From positions 1 through 35,247 of the IMG/VR virus record IMGVR_UViG_3300012921_000008: DNA of 35,247 nucleotides; one strand, written 5' to 3'. Under the pieces are notes generated by a model. The model did no database searches and was not told where the DNA came from. It saw only the letters and a list, made by a program, of their open reading frames with translations. Numbering within the stretch: position 1 is the stretch's first letter; each line of letters starts with the position of its first letter. The position numbers and the translations under genes were made by a program. Below are positions 26,434 to 34,606 of this stretch, in pieces. This DNA comes from a virus (Duplodnaviria; Caudoviricetes).

Positions 26434-28568
26434 CGCTCCGTATGCAGCAGCGGCTCACCCGGTGGGGTTCCACTCCGGCACCGACCACGACCACGAGCAC
26501 TTCATCCTCGACCACGGGTGGCGGCTCCACGACCGGCGGGGGAAGTACGACGGCTGAAGGAAGTACCACGAGCGGAGGCACGACCACCGCCGAGGCGGCA
26601 CCGACCGAGGGAGGCTATGAGGACGTCGACTTGGCCGCAATCGGCTTCGGCGATCCGCAATTCCAGATGACCGACGACGCCCCGTGGTCGGCCACCTGGA
26701 CGTGTCTGGTACCGCAACACACAGCACCAATTCCGTGGGGGGCCTTTGTCCGCATCTGGGACGATGCGGCCAACGATCCGAGTGGCACCCCTTTCAGCGA
26801 ATCAAACCCCATCTTCGAGGGCTATGTGGAAGCGGTCACACCCGGGGATGATTCCATCGGCGTCAATTACACCGCCTACGCTCCCACGTATCGGGCCACG
26901 AAGGTCTGCACCATCTTCTCCAAGGCCTGGCCAGCCGGGACGGTCCCCGATGAACCGCCCTTGCCACCCGAGGCGAGCGTGCCCCGATTGGTTTACAACG
27001 TCCGCATCTCGAATGATCCCGATTGGGCTCACCAGGTGGGGGGCGATGGCACCTTGGGGCAAGTCATCGCCGGGCTGTTGGAGTACTGCTATCACTCGCT
27101 GGTCTGGTGTGATGCCGCACCGGGGGATGGCGTCGAAGGCTGGGAAGACAACCCGCCCTACGTCCAGGCCGAGATGGATGCCCTGACCGTGAAGTGCCAG
27201 GAGAAACTCGATTTTCAATCGGAATCGGTCTTTTCCGCAATTCAACGCATCCGCCGGTACGATCCCCGCCTGCGCCTCGTCTGGGAGCCCGGTACGCGGC
27301 TCTGGCATGTCCGCAACTTGACCACCGCCCCCGCGAAATCGATCTGGCTCAATCGTCGCGATGTGGCGTTCCCCGTCCTGTCGATGCAACTGAAACCGTC
27401 GACTGAGCAGTGTGTCACGGCGGTTTCGATCTACGGGCCGGAACAGTCCGAAACCGTCGATCTGCGGTGGGATGATCCCAACGGCGACGGCAGCCCCAGC
27501 ACGTCGTCCACGACGTTGCCTCCCGAAGACGTGGAGTTGATCCCGCTGGGTGATCCGGTGGTGATCCAGAACTACACCACGGCCCTGGGAGCCAAGCAGG
27601 CCCGCTTCTGGTCGGCCTGGCAGATTGCGGACGAAGATCTGCGGCGTGGGGCTCGTGAGTTGCCGACGCCCTACGAATACCAGGTCTCGCCCACCATGCT
27701 CCGCACGACCAGTTACCCGCTGGTGCTCTGCTCGTGGGATACCGGGCTGACCTGGACTGAGTGGCCCGCGTACTACAACACCCGCACCGGCATCATCCGC
27801 TTCCCCTCCGTTCCGGTGTTCGGCAAGACCAACGAAAAAGGCGAAAGCCTTGTCCCCGCCAGCACGCAGACGCTGTTCGTGCCGAACGCGATGCGGGTGA
27901 TCTGGGCACCCTACGAAGAACCGCTGCAAGTCCGTCGGCCAGCCGTGGGCTTTGAGGGGACCGCCTACACACAGGCCGGGATCGCGATTGAGGACTATCA
28001 CTACGACGAAGCCCTGGCGGTCGGCTACGAAGACGGCCAGCCGGTCACCACGGCGGAACGCCGGGCCGCATTCGAGACCTACGCCCAAACACTGCTCGAT
28101 CAGCGGAAGAACATCGCCTGGACTGGTGGTGCTCAGCTGGATGGCCTCGACTGGTCTTACAGCCGCTTGCATCGCCGCGTCCGCATTCTGGCCAAAGACG
28201 GCGACGGGAACACGTTGACCACCGGCTGGGAAGGGATCGAAGCCTATGTGACCAGTGTCACTTATGACCTGGAGAACCAGACCACGACGCTGGTCTTCTC
28301 CGGCGATCGCCTGGCGTTGTTCGGCATGGATGAGGGGCAACTCAAACAGCAGTTGAACATCAAGGCCCTGCAACAGGTCGCCGATTTTCAGGTGTCGTTG
28401 ATCCACGCCTGGCGACCGCTGCCGAGTGGCAAGATGGTGCGGGAAGTGGTAGGGGTGCAAACCACCCGGCAGTACCACTACGTCGAACCGGGCAGCATGC
28501 AGGCCCCGGCTTCGCAGGATTTCGGGTACGCACCAGGTTCGATGCTGTTAGACGGCGGGGGGCTCTGA
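26430..28568 (+). CDS. Minor tail/tip protein with an N-terminal Ser/Thr/Gly-rich insert
   Basis: ATGA-coupled to the tape measure; IFEGYVEAV and VTSVTYDL tail-hub-like motifs; TTGGGS repeats near the N-terminus. Confidence 0.7.
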   Translation: MTLRMQQRLTRWGSTPAPTTTTSTSSSTTGGGSTTGGGSTTAEGSTTSGGTTTAEAAPTEGGYEDVDLAAIGFGDPQFQMTDDAPWSATWTCLVPQHTAPIPWGAFVRIWDDAANDPSGTPFSESNPIFEGYVEAVTPGDDSIGVNYTAYAPTYRATKVCTIFSKAWPAGTVPDEPPLPPEASVPRLVYNVRISNDPDWAHQVGGDGTLGQVIAGLLEYCYHSLVWCDAAPGDGVEGWEDNPPYVQAEMDALTVKCQEKLDFQSESVFSAIQRIRRYDPRLRLVWEPGTRLWHVRNLTTAPAKSIWLNRRDVAFPVLSMQLKPSTEQCVTAVSIYGPEQSETVDLRWDDPNGDGSPSTSSTTLPPEDVELIPLGDPVVIQNYTTALGAKQARFWSAWQIADEDLRRGARELPTPYEYQVSPTMLRTTSYPLVLCSWDTGLTWTEWPAYYNTRTGIIRFPSVPVFGKTNEKGESLVPASTQTLFVPNAMRVIWAPYEEPLQVRRPAVGFEGTAYTQAGIAIEDYHYDEALAVGYEDGQPVTTAERRAAFETYAQTLLDQRKNIAWTGGAQLDGLDWSYSRLHRRVRILAKDGDGNTLTTGWEGIEAYVTSVTYDLENQTTTLVFSGDRLALFGMDEGQLKQQLNIKALQQVADFQVSLIHAWRPLPSGKMVREVVGVQTTRQYHYVEPGSMQAPASQDFGYAPGSMLLDGGGL

Positions 28569-30049
28569 TGCTGAGGCAGGAACCCCACGAACTGACGGCC
28601 AAGTTGCATGAGATTGAGCAGCAACTGATCACGCTCAATCTGGAGAACAAACGCCAGTGGTACGGCCGCGTGGAACAACCGCCTACGCATCCCCCCGACT
28701 GGCTAGGGGGACAATGGAAGGGTGAGCCCTTTGAATGCGGAGCCTGCTACAAGATCCTTGTCAACGATACATTCGACGAGAGCAGCTGTGATTGGTGTGA
28801 GGATCTGAACCGCACTTTCGTCGTGCAATATCTCGGTGGTCTAACTGATTGTGATTTCCTGTCCTGTCCCGAGGCAGTCAGTACCACCGGTGGGGGCAGC
28901 ACAACGGGCGGCGGTAGCACCACGGGGGGTGGCTCATCGACGGGTGGGGGTAGCACCACTGGCGGGGGGAGTTCAACCAGTGGAGGTAGTACGACGGGCG
29001 GCGGATCGACGACCGGGGGCGGCTCCTCGACCAGTGGGGGCAGCACGACCGGGGGTGGCTCGACAGCGAGCGACGATTGTACGGTCATAACGAGTGTACG
29101 TGGCCTCCTAAGATACAGGCCAGACAGTGTTAATGCTCGTGGACGTCTGACTTTCACGATTATACCTCAGGTCGGCAGTTACAATATCCTAAGTTGGGAT
29201 CGCGGCCCAGATGCCACCGGACCAGTGACGTTGCCCTGCTTCCTATACCCGATAGAAGGGTCCGCTGGGGGCGGTTTTGAGTGCTACAACACCAGCAATA
29301 ACCCGGTGTATGTCGCCAAGATCGCCTGCACGACAGGGAATTGCCACACGTCCTCCAGCACGACGGGAGATGGCTCGACATCCAGCACGACCAGTGATGG
29401 CAGTTCTTCGAGTACGACCAGCGACGGCTCCACATCGTCGACCACCAGTGACGGCAGTTCCAGTAGCACGACGGGCGATGGCTCGACCACTGGCGGGGGC
29501 TCAACGACCGGTGGGGGCAGCACCACGGGTGGCGGTTCCACCACTGGCGTGGGTTCCACCACGGGGGGCGGATCGACAACTGGCGGCGGTAGCACCACGG
29601 GGGGCGGCTCAACGACGGGTGGGGGCAGCACGACTGGGGGCGGATCGACAACCGGGGGGGCCTGCGGTGGAACTCAAGAATGGATCGGCGCACCGGGGGC
29701 GCCCAGTCCCACCGGGTATGTCTGGGTGCTGAGCGGTGAAGGCTCAGCCTGCGGAGGGAGTTGTGAAGCAGGTTACGCCTGCCTCAGTCTACGCCCGGAA
29801 GGGTATCCGTCGTCCGCCGGACAAACGGCCATGTCGGAATGTGCCTGCCGTGACGTCGCTGGCGAACTCGGTTGCGAATCACCCACTGGCTGCATCATGG
29901 AATGGGATGCCACCAACGGCAACTGGGTGGTGCAATTCAGCGACTGTGCTTCCGAGGCCCCCGGCTGCACATGTTATTACCCGACGCTGCCGCCGGGGTC
30001 ATATGACGGCGAGCTGCAATTCTTGCCCTGCGTACCGGAGCCCGATTGA
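28568..30049 (+). CDS. Cys-rich putative tail fibre/adhesin with long STTGGG repeat linkers
   Basis: Three Cys-rich modules separated by repeat blocks; TGATG coupling at both ends. Confidence 0.7.
   Translation: MLRQEPHELTAKLHEIEQQLITLNLENKRQWYGRVEQPPTHPPDWLGGQWKGEPFECGACYKILVNDTFDESSCDWCEDLNRTFVVQYLGGLTDCDFLSCPEAVSTTGGGSTTGGGSTTGGGSSTGGGSTTGGGSSTSGGSTTGGGSTTGGGSSTSGGSTTGGGSTASDDCTVITSVRGLLRYRPDSVNARGRLTFTIIPQVGSYNILSWDRGPDATGPVTLPCFLYPIEGSAGGGFECYNTSNNPVYVAKIACTTGNCHTSSSTTGDGSTSSTTSDGSSSSTTSDGSTSSTTSDGSSSSTTGDGSTTGGGSTTGGGSTTGGGSTTGVGSTTGGGSTTGGGSTTGGGSTTGGGSTTGGGSTTGGACGGTQEWIGAPGAPSPTGYVWVLSGEGSACGGSCEAGYACLSLRPEGYPSSAGQTAMSECACRDVAGELGCESPTGCIMEWDATNGNWVVQFSDCASEAPGCTCYYPTLPPGSYDGELQFLPCVPEPD
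28880..29059 (+). repeat. 10 x STTGGG-type hexapeptide repeat with diversified codons
   Basis: 18-nt period with variable synonymous codons. Confidence 0.9.
29348..29662 (+). repeat. 5 x nonapeptide (SSSSTTSDG-type) followed by 10 x STTGGG
   Basis: 27-nt period at 29348-29482, then 18-nt period at 29483-29662. Confidence 0.9.
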
Positions 30050-31371
30050 TGCTCACCATTGGCATGGCCACCTATCGTGATTCCAAAGCTCTGTGGCACA
30101 CGCTACAGATCTTGCAGGCCAACGCGATCGCCGAAGGCGTCCGCGACCAGGTCGAATTCGTGGTGGTCGATAATGACCCAGCGGGGCCGCACGGAAAGAC
30201 CAACGCCAAATACACGCAGAACGTGCGAGGGCGGTATGTCGCGTTGCCCGAACCGATCGGGACCGCTCCGCCGCGGCAACGCGTGTTCGATGAAGCCCGG
30301 GGCGAATGGGTGCTGGTGATCGATGCCCACGTCCACCTGCAGCCGGGCCGCTTGCGGCAACTGGTCGAGTGGACCACGGACAACACCAGCCCGGACCTGT
30401 ACCAGGGCGTGCTGCTCAACTCCGAACAGCGGTATCCCGTGGCCGACTTCGACCGCTACGTGCGTTCGCTGAAACTCGACCCCAAAACCATCAGCGACGC
30501 ACTGCGGACACAGATCCGCCGCGGCTTCGACGCTGACCGGCCTTACATCCAGTGGACCCACTGGGCGGGCCGTTGGGGTGAAGATGGTCTGTTCGGCAAA
30601 GCCGCGGTCAATCCGGCCGCGGTCGATCCGCTGTGTGAACCGTTCCAGATCCCCTATGGCGGGCTCTGGTGCTTCCTGTCAAGGCGGGACGCCTGGCTCG
30701 GCTTTCATCCCGAGTTCCGACAATTCGGGATCGAAGGCTACATCCAAACGAAGTACCGACGGGCCAATCGCGGCGTATGGTGTCTCCCCTGGCTGCGGGG
30801 GACGCACTGGTTTCGAGACAGCAAGGTCTACCAGCCCGAGTTCCCGTTCTCATGGAAACACCGCACGCGGAACTACGTGCTCGCGTGGAAGGACGTGCGG
30901 ATGCGTCCGCTCCACGAAGTCTATCAGCATCACGTGAAACATCCCGGCCGCACGACCGAGGCCCAATGGCAGGCCATCCTGAGTGAACTGGGCATCGATC
31001 CGAAAGAAGCTGAAGCACCAGCCGCTCAGCCGGTAGCGATCACCATCAGCAAAGGACCGGGGACCGAGTTGAAGGCCCTGATTGCGTCACTGGGGATTCA
31101 GCCCAAGCCGCAGTGCGGTTGCAACAAACTAGCTGCGGAGATGAACGCCTGGGGTGTGGCAGGCTGTCGGGCTCGGCATCACGAGATCTGCGGCCGCATC
31201 CAGGACAACGCGGCCGAATGGGGCTGGACCCTGGCACTTTCGGTGCCGAAAGCCGCACTGAAGGCGGTGACGTCCGGCCTGGTGTTCTCCATCAACCCCC
31301 TCGACCCAATTGGCTCCCTTGTGAGCGAGGCCATCCGCCGGGCCGAAACCCAGGAAAGGCAGGCCGCATGA
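30049..31371 (+). CDS. GT-A fold glycosyltransferase (GT2/ppGalNAc-T-like) with a C-terminal Cys-containing domain
   Basis: LTIGMATY, FVVVDND, ARGEWVLVIDAH (DxH), GGL...FGIE...HWFR. Confidence 0.85.
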   Translation: MLTIGMATYRDSKALWHTLQILQANAIAEGVRDQVEFVVVDNDPAGPHGKTNAKYTQNVRGRYVALPEPIGTAPPRQRVFDEARGEWVLVIDAHVHLQPGRLRQLVEWTTDNTSPDLYQGVLLNSEQRYPVADFDRYVRSLKLDPKTISDALRTQIRRGFDADRPYIQWTHWAGRWGEDGLFGKAAVNPAAVDPLCEPFQIPYGGLWCFLSRRDAWLGFHPEFRQFGIEGYIQTKYRRANRGVWCLPWLRGTHWFRDSKVYQPEFPFSWKHRTRNYVLAWKDVRMRPLHEVYQHHVKHPGRTTEAQWQAILSELGIDPKEAEAPAAQPVAITISKGPGTELKALIASLGIQPKPQCGCNKLAAEMNAWGVAGCRARHHEICGRIQDNAAEWGWTLALSVPKAALKAVTSGLVFSINPLDPIGSLVSEAIRRAETQERQAA

Positions 31372-31937
31372 ACCCAGACTACATCGCCGAAATCGAACGG
31401 GGTTACCCGTGGTTCACGTATGCTGCGTTCTATGACTGGCTCGCGGAACGCTGTCGGGACATCGTCGAAGTGGGCTCGTGGAAAGGGTTCTCGACCGCTC
31501 ACCTGGCACGGGCGATCAAACGCCGTCCCGATCGCGGCTGGCTGCATGCCGTCGACGTGTGGCACAACGCAGGAGCCTACTGGGGGGACTTCCAGAAGCG
31601 TTTCCCGGGTGACACCGGCGAACATCTCTACCAGACGTTCCTGACGCACCTGATGGCCTATGACGTGCAGGATGTGGTGATTCCCTACCGCATGCCGAGC
31701 CTGATTGCGGCGACCGTGTTGGCCAATCAGCGCAGACAGTTTGACGCCGTGTTCATCGACGGTGATCACACCTATCCGGCAGTCCGGGCAGACATCCTGA
31801 CCTGGCTGCCGTTGGTGCGAACCGGTGGGATTCTGTCGGGGCATGACTACAACAACCGCCACGTGCGGCGGGCGGTTGACGAGCTGCTCCCCGCCGTGAA
31901 TCAGGCCGAGGGGCATGTCTGGTGGGTGACTGTCTGA
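31368..31937 (+). CDS. Class I SAM-dependent methyltransferase (Methyltransf_24-like)
   Basis: IVEVGSWKGFST, VDVW, FDAVFIDGDHTY, GGILSGHDY. Confidence 0.9.
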   Translation: MNPDYIAEIERGYPWFTYAAFYDWLAERCRDIVEVGSWKGFSTAHLARAIKRRPDRGWLHAVDVWHNAGAYWGDFQKRFPGDTGEHLYQTFLTHLMAYDVQDVVIPYRMPSLIAATVLANQRRQFDAVFIDGDHTYPAVRADILTWLPLVRTGGILSGHDYNNRHVRRAVDELLPAVNQAEGHVWWVTV

Positions 31938-31942
31938 ACCGA

Positions 31943-31959
31943 TGATTTCAGCGAAATCA
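31943..31959. promoter_or_regulatory. parS-like palindrome, site 3 (TGATTTCAGCGAAATCA)
   Basis: 16 of 17 bases match site 1; intergenic, 5 nt after a stop codon. Confidence 0.6.
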
Positions 31960-32020
31960 GAGACGTGAAAGAGTGCAGCACTCTTTCACATTTACAGATC
32001 CGAGGAAGGAAAGAGCGATC

Positions 32021-32254
32021 ATGGAACAGCCAGCATCAAACGCCGCACCGCTGTTGTTGATGGCGATGTACCGGGACGGTGAAGACCTGGAAATTACCTT
32101 CTATGGTGAGGACCGCAGCGGGCAGCAGGCTAGCGTCTCACGCACCCTGAGTTATGCCGCGGCCATCGGTCTGGCCACGCAGATCATCCAATCCGCCGGG
32201 CGATCCTTTGACAGGCCCAGCGAATCCGTCCTGGTGTTAGAAGACCTCACATAA
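32021..32254 (+). CDS. Hypothetical protein
   Basis: AGGAAGG RBS before ATG 32021. Confidence 0.6.
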   Translation: MEQPASNAAPLLLMAMYRDGEDLEITFYGEDRSGQQASVSRTLSYAAAIGLATQIIQSAGRSFDRPSESVLVLEDLT

Positions 32255-32320
32255 CCGACGTGGCCGGCCGGTAGTTCGAGCTACCGACCGGCCCGCACGT
32301 CAGCCTATTCGACAGGCCGA

Positions 32321-32347
32321 CATGCGTTCCACGGAAGGAACCGCATG
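32321..32347 (+). promoter_or_regulatory. Hairpin with an ACGGAA hexaloop (CsrA-type site)
   Basis: CATGCGTTCC-ACGGAA-GGAACCGCATG; contains CANGGANG. Confidence 0.45.
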
Positions 32348-32493
32348 CGTCCTGTCGTTGACTTACTTCAGACCGTCGCCGGCGACGGTGTTTCCCGGCG
32401 TTGTTCGATCGATATTCGTGGACCGCCAGTTCTCGAACACTCCCAACCGCACAATCCCGACCGCAGTTGTGAACCATGTTCGAGGACTTCCCG

Positions 32494-33267
32494 ATGCAAC
32501 CGATTTATCGAACGGATTCGATTGAGCTTTTCCACGCCGACGCCTTGACTCTGCTGCCGACGTTTCCCGCCGGGGCTTTCGATGCCGTGATCACTGATCC
32601 ACCGTACTGCTCTGGCGGGATGACCGCCGGGGAACGCCGCCGGGCTCCCGAGGACAAATACGCCCAGGATCGCGAGATGTGCGGTCGGCCGACCTTCGGC
32701 GGTGATTTGAAAGACCAGCGCTCTTTCACCTGGTGGACGATGTGCTGGCTCTCGCTCTGTCGGCAGAGTTTGAAAGAAGGGGGCTACTGCCTCGTGTTCT
32801 GTGACTGGCGGCAGTTGCCCGCGTTGACCGATGCCTTCCAGGCCGCGGACCTCACGTGGCGGGGCGTGATCGCCTGGGACAAAGGAGGAGCGTCCCGTGC
32901 ACCACACAAGGGCTATGTGCGTCACCAATGCGAGTACATCGTCTGGGGAACACATGGTCGTTGCCCGGCCGCGACGCATGCGGGGCCATATCCGGGCTGT
33001 TATCAGATCCCGGTCGACCGCAAGGACAAGCATCATCTGACGGGGAAGCCCACGGCCTTGATGCGACAACTCGTGAAGATTGTCCCACCCGGTGGCCGCG
33101 TGCTCGACCCGTTCGCGGGGTCTGGAACGACTCTCGTGGCCGCTCAGCTTGAGGGCCGGAAAGCAGTCGGCATCGAGCGCGAACAGCCCTACTGTGACAT
33201 CACGCAACAGCGACTAGAAACCGTCGCAATGCTGAAGGCTGGACCGCCAAAACTGATGGCGATCTGA
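32494..33267 (+). CDS. DNA methyltransferase, N6A/N4C, beta-class motif order
   Basis: ITDPPY precedes HLTGKPTALM and VLDPFAGSGTT; GAGGA RBS favours ATG 32494. Confidence 0.92.
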   Translation: MQPIYRTDSIELFHADALTLLPTFPAGAFDAVITDPPYCSGGMTAGERRRAPEDKYAQDREMCGRPTFGGDLKDQRSFTWWTMCWLSLCRQSLKEGGYCLVFCDWRQLPALTDAFQAADLTWRGVIAWDKGGASRAPHKGYVRHQCEYIVWGTHGRCPAATHAGPYPGCYQIPVDRKDKHHLTGKPTALMRQLVKIVPPGGRVLDPFAGSGTTLVAAQLEGRKAVGIEREQPYCDITQQRLETVAMLKAGPPKLMAI

Positions 33268-33268
33268 C

Positions 33269-33298
33269 ATCACCGGGCGCTAAGTCCGGTGATCATTT
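33269..33298 (+). terminator. Hairpin after the methyltransferase gene
   Basis: ATCACCGGGC/GTCCGGTGAT stem with a weak T-tail. Confidence 0.4.
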
Positions 33299-33321
33299 GC
33301 CGTGGTCCTGTGCTCAAGGTC

Positions 33322-33365
33322 GACTGAAAATCCTGGTGTCGCCGGTTCGATCCCGGCTCTGGCCA
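33322..33365 (+). mobile_element. att core: 3' half of tRNA-Phe(GAA), attP-like
   Basis: Anticodon loop CTGAAAA, T-arm GCCGG-TTCGATC-CCGGC, acceptor 3' strand TCTGGCCA; no D-arm or 5' strand; next to the integrase. Confidence 0.85.
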
Positions 33366-33370
33366 CTCCC

Positions 33371-33410
33371 GAACCCGTTAAGGCATAACGCTTTGCGGGT
33401 TTCTTCTTTT
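33371..33410 (+). terminator. Terminator for the reconstituted tRNA
   Basis: GAACCCG...CGGGTTT stem followed by CTTCTTTT. Confidence 0.6.
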
Positions 33411-33437
33411 GGGGTTTCTGGTGCCTGATTCATGCGG

Positions 33438-33456
33438 TACCACCAGATTACCACCA
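33438..33456. repeat. TACCACCA x2 with 11-bp period; possible integrase arm-type sites
   Basis: Direct repeats between the att core and the integrase stop. Confidence 0.4.
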
Positions 33457-33457
33457 C

Positions 33458-34606
33458 TCAGCCAATCTTGTTGATCAGAGATTCTACCTTGGCGGCCGCT
33501 TCCGCTTGCATCGACGGCATAACGTGGGAGTAAACCCCGAGCGTAACGGCTATCTGAGAGTGCCCCAGCCGCTCCTGAACAACACGCGGGTGAATCCCCG
33601 CCGACAGCAACATCGTGGCGTGAGAATGCCTCAGATCGTGGAATCGCGTGGACTCTGGCAAGCCAGCCGTTTTCAGGATCGGAGAGAATGACCGTCGCGC
33701 GACATTTTGTCTTCTGAGGTATCCACCAGCGTTGTTAGGGAAAACCAGCGGGCAAGCCGCAAGCCCTTCGGTCATCAGCTTGGCACGATGCGTCACCAGC
33801 GCCGTTACTGCGGATTCCGGCAGGTGGATCAATCGCTTCCCCTTTTCGGTCTTCGGCTCGTTTTCGTAGAACTTGCCGTCCACTTCCACGATGGTGCGAC
33901 GAACTTGCAGAGTTCCGGCCTTGAGGTCGATATCGCCCCACTTCAGCCCGAACAATTCACCCTGCCTCATACCAGTGCAGACCGCGAGAACGTAAAGCGA
34001 ATGGAGACGATCATCCTGGGCAGCTGCGAGGAATGTTCGCACCTGGGAATCATCCAGTGGCTTTACTTCGTGAGTCTTCAACTTGGGACGCTCGACGGCA
34101 TCAGCCACATTGCGGGCTACAAGCCCCCATTTCATCGCTACTTCCAAGGCGCGATGCAGCACCGCATGACACTGGTACTGAATTCTGCGAGACTTCCCAC
34201 GCCGGTCAAGTTCGGCGTAGAGCCATTGCACGTTGGCGGGGGTGAGACTGGCCAGTTTCATTCCGCCGATCAGTGGGGAAATGTGCAGGCGAACCAATTG
34301 GCTGTAGCTTTGGTAGGTCGTATTCCGCACTGAGAGTTTGACGGCATCTTCAAGCCACCGCTGAAGGTACTCATCAACTTTAAGTTTGCTGGTAGGCTGA
34401 AGTGCCCCGTCCAGCTTCTGATTCTGTAAGCGAGTCAGCTTCTCGGTGACTTCGCGCTTCGTCTCTCCGTAGACATACTTGCGGAGCCGCTTTCCTCCAG
34501 CCGAATAGCCAACGGTGATGATTGCGAGCCACCGGCCGTCTTTTCGTTGTCTGATGCAACCATCACCGTTGCCCCGTTTCTTCCCGTTCGGTTTCTTGTC
34601 GCTCAT
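33458..34606 (-). CDS. int: Tyrosine integrase
   Basis: GMRQGELFGL (Arg), PKT (Lys), FHDLRHSHA (HxxR), LGHS, VYSH (Tyr); N-terminal RGNGDGCIRQRKDGRW arm-binding domain. Confidence 0.96.
   Translation of the reverse strand: MSDKKPNGKKRGNGDGCIRQRKDGRWLAIITVGYSAGGKRLRKYVYGETKREVTEKLTRLQNQKLDGALQPTSKLKVDEYLQRWLEDAVKLSVRNTTYQSYSQLVRLHISPLIGGMKLASLTPANVQWLYAELDRRGKSRRIQYQCHAVLHRALEVAMKWGLVARNVADAVERPKLKTHEVKPLDDSQVRTFLAAAQDDRLHSLYVLAVCTGMRQGELFGLKWGDIDLKAGTLQVRRTIVEVDGKFYENEPKTEKGKRLIHLPESAVTALVTHRAKLMTEGLAACPLVFPNNAGGYLRRQNVARRSFSPILKTAGLPESTRFHDLRHSHATMLLSAGIHPRVVQERLGHSQIAVTLGVYSHVMPSMQAEAAAKVESLINKIG

Noticed and set aside
26789-26804. CCCTTTCAGCGAATCA (and CCCTTTCAGAGAAATCG near 35106) as extra parS-like sites
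   Set aside because: Both are inside coding sequence with a broken left arm, and the first also lacks a base; could be chance
22630-28478. Long minus-strand ORFs (22630-24030, 25426-26394, 26802-28478)
   Set aside because: Antisense shadows of well-supported GC-rich tail genes, with no recognisable motifs or RBS
28880-29662. STTGGG repeats as an ice-nucleation or collagen-like domain
   Set aside because: They lack the AGYGSTxT octamer periodicity and the Gly-X-Y triplet register; the GST similarity is superficial
33290-33368. Complete tRNA-Phe gene
   Set aside because: The 5' acceptor strand, D-arm and most of the 5' anticodon stem are missing; only the 3' half is present
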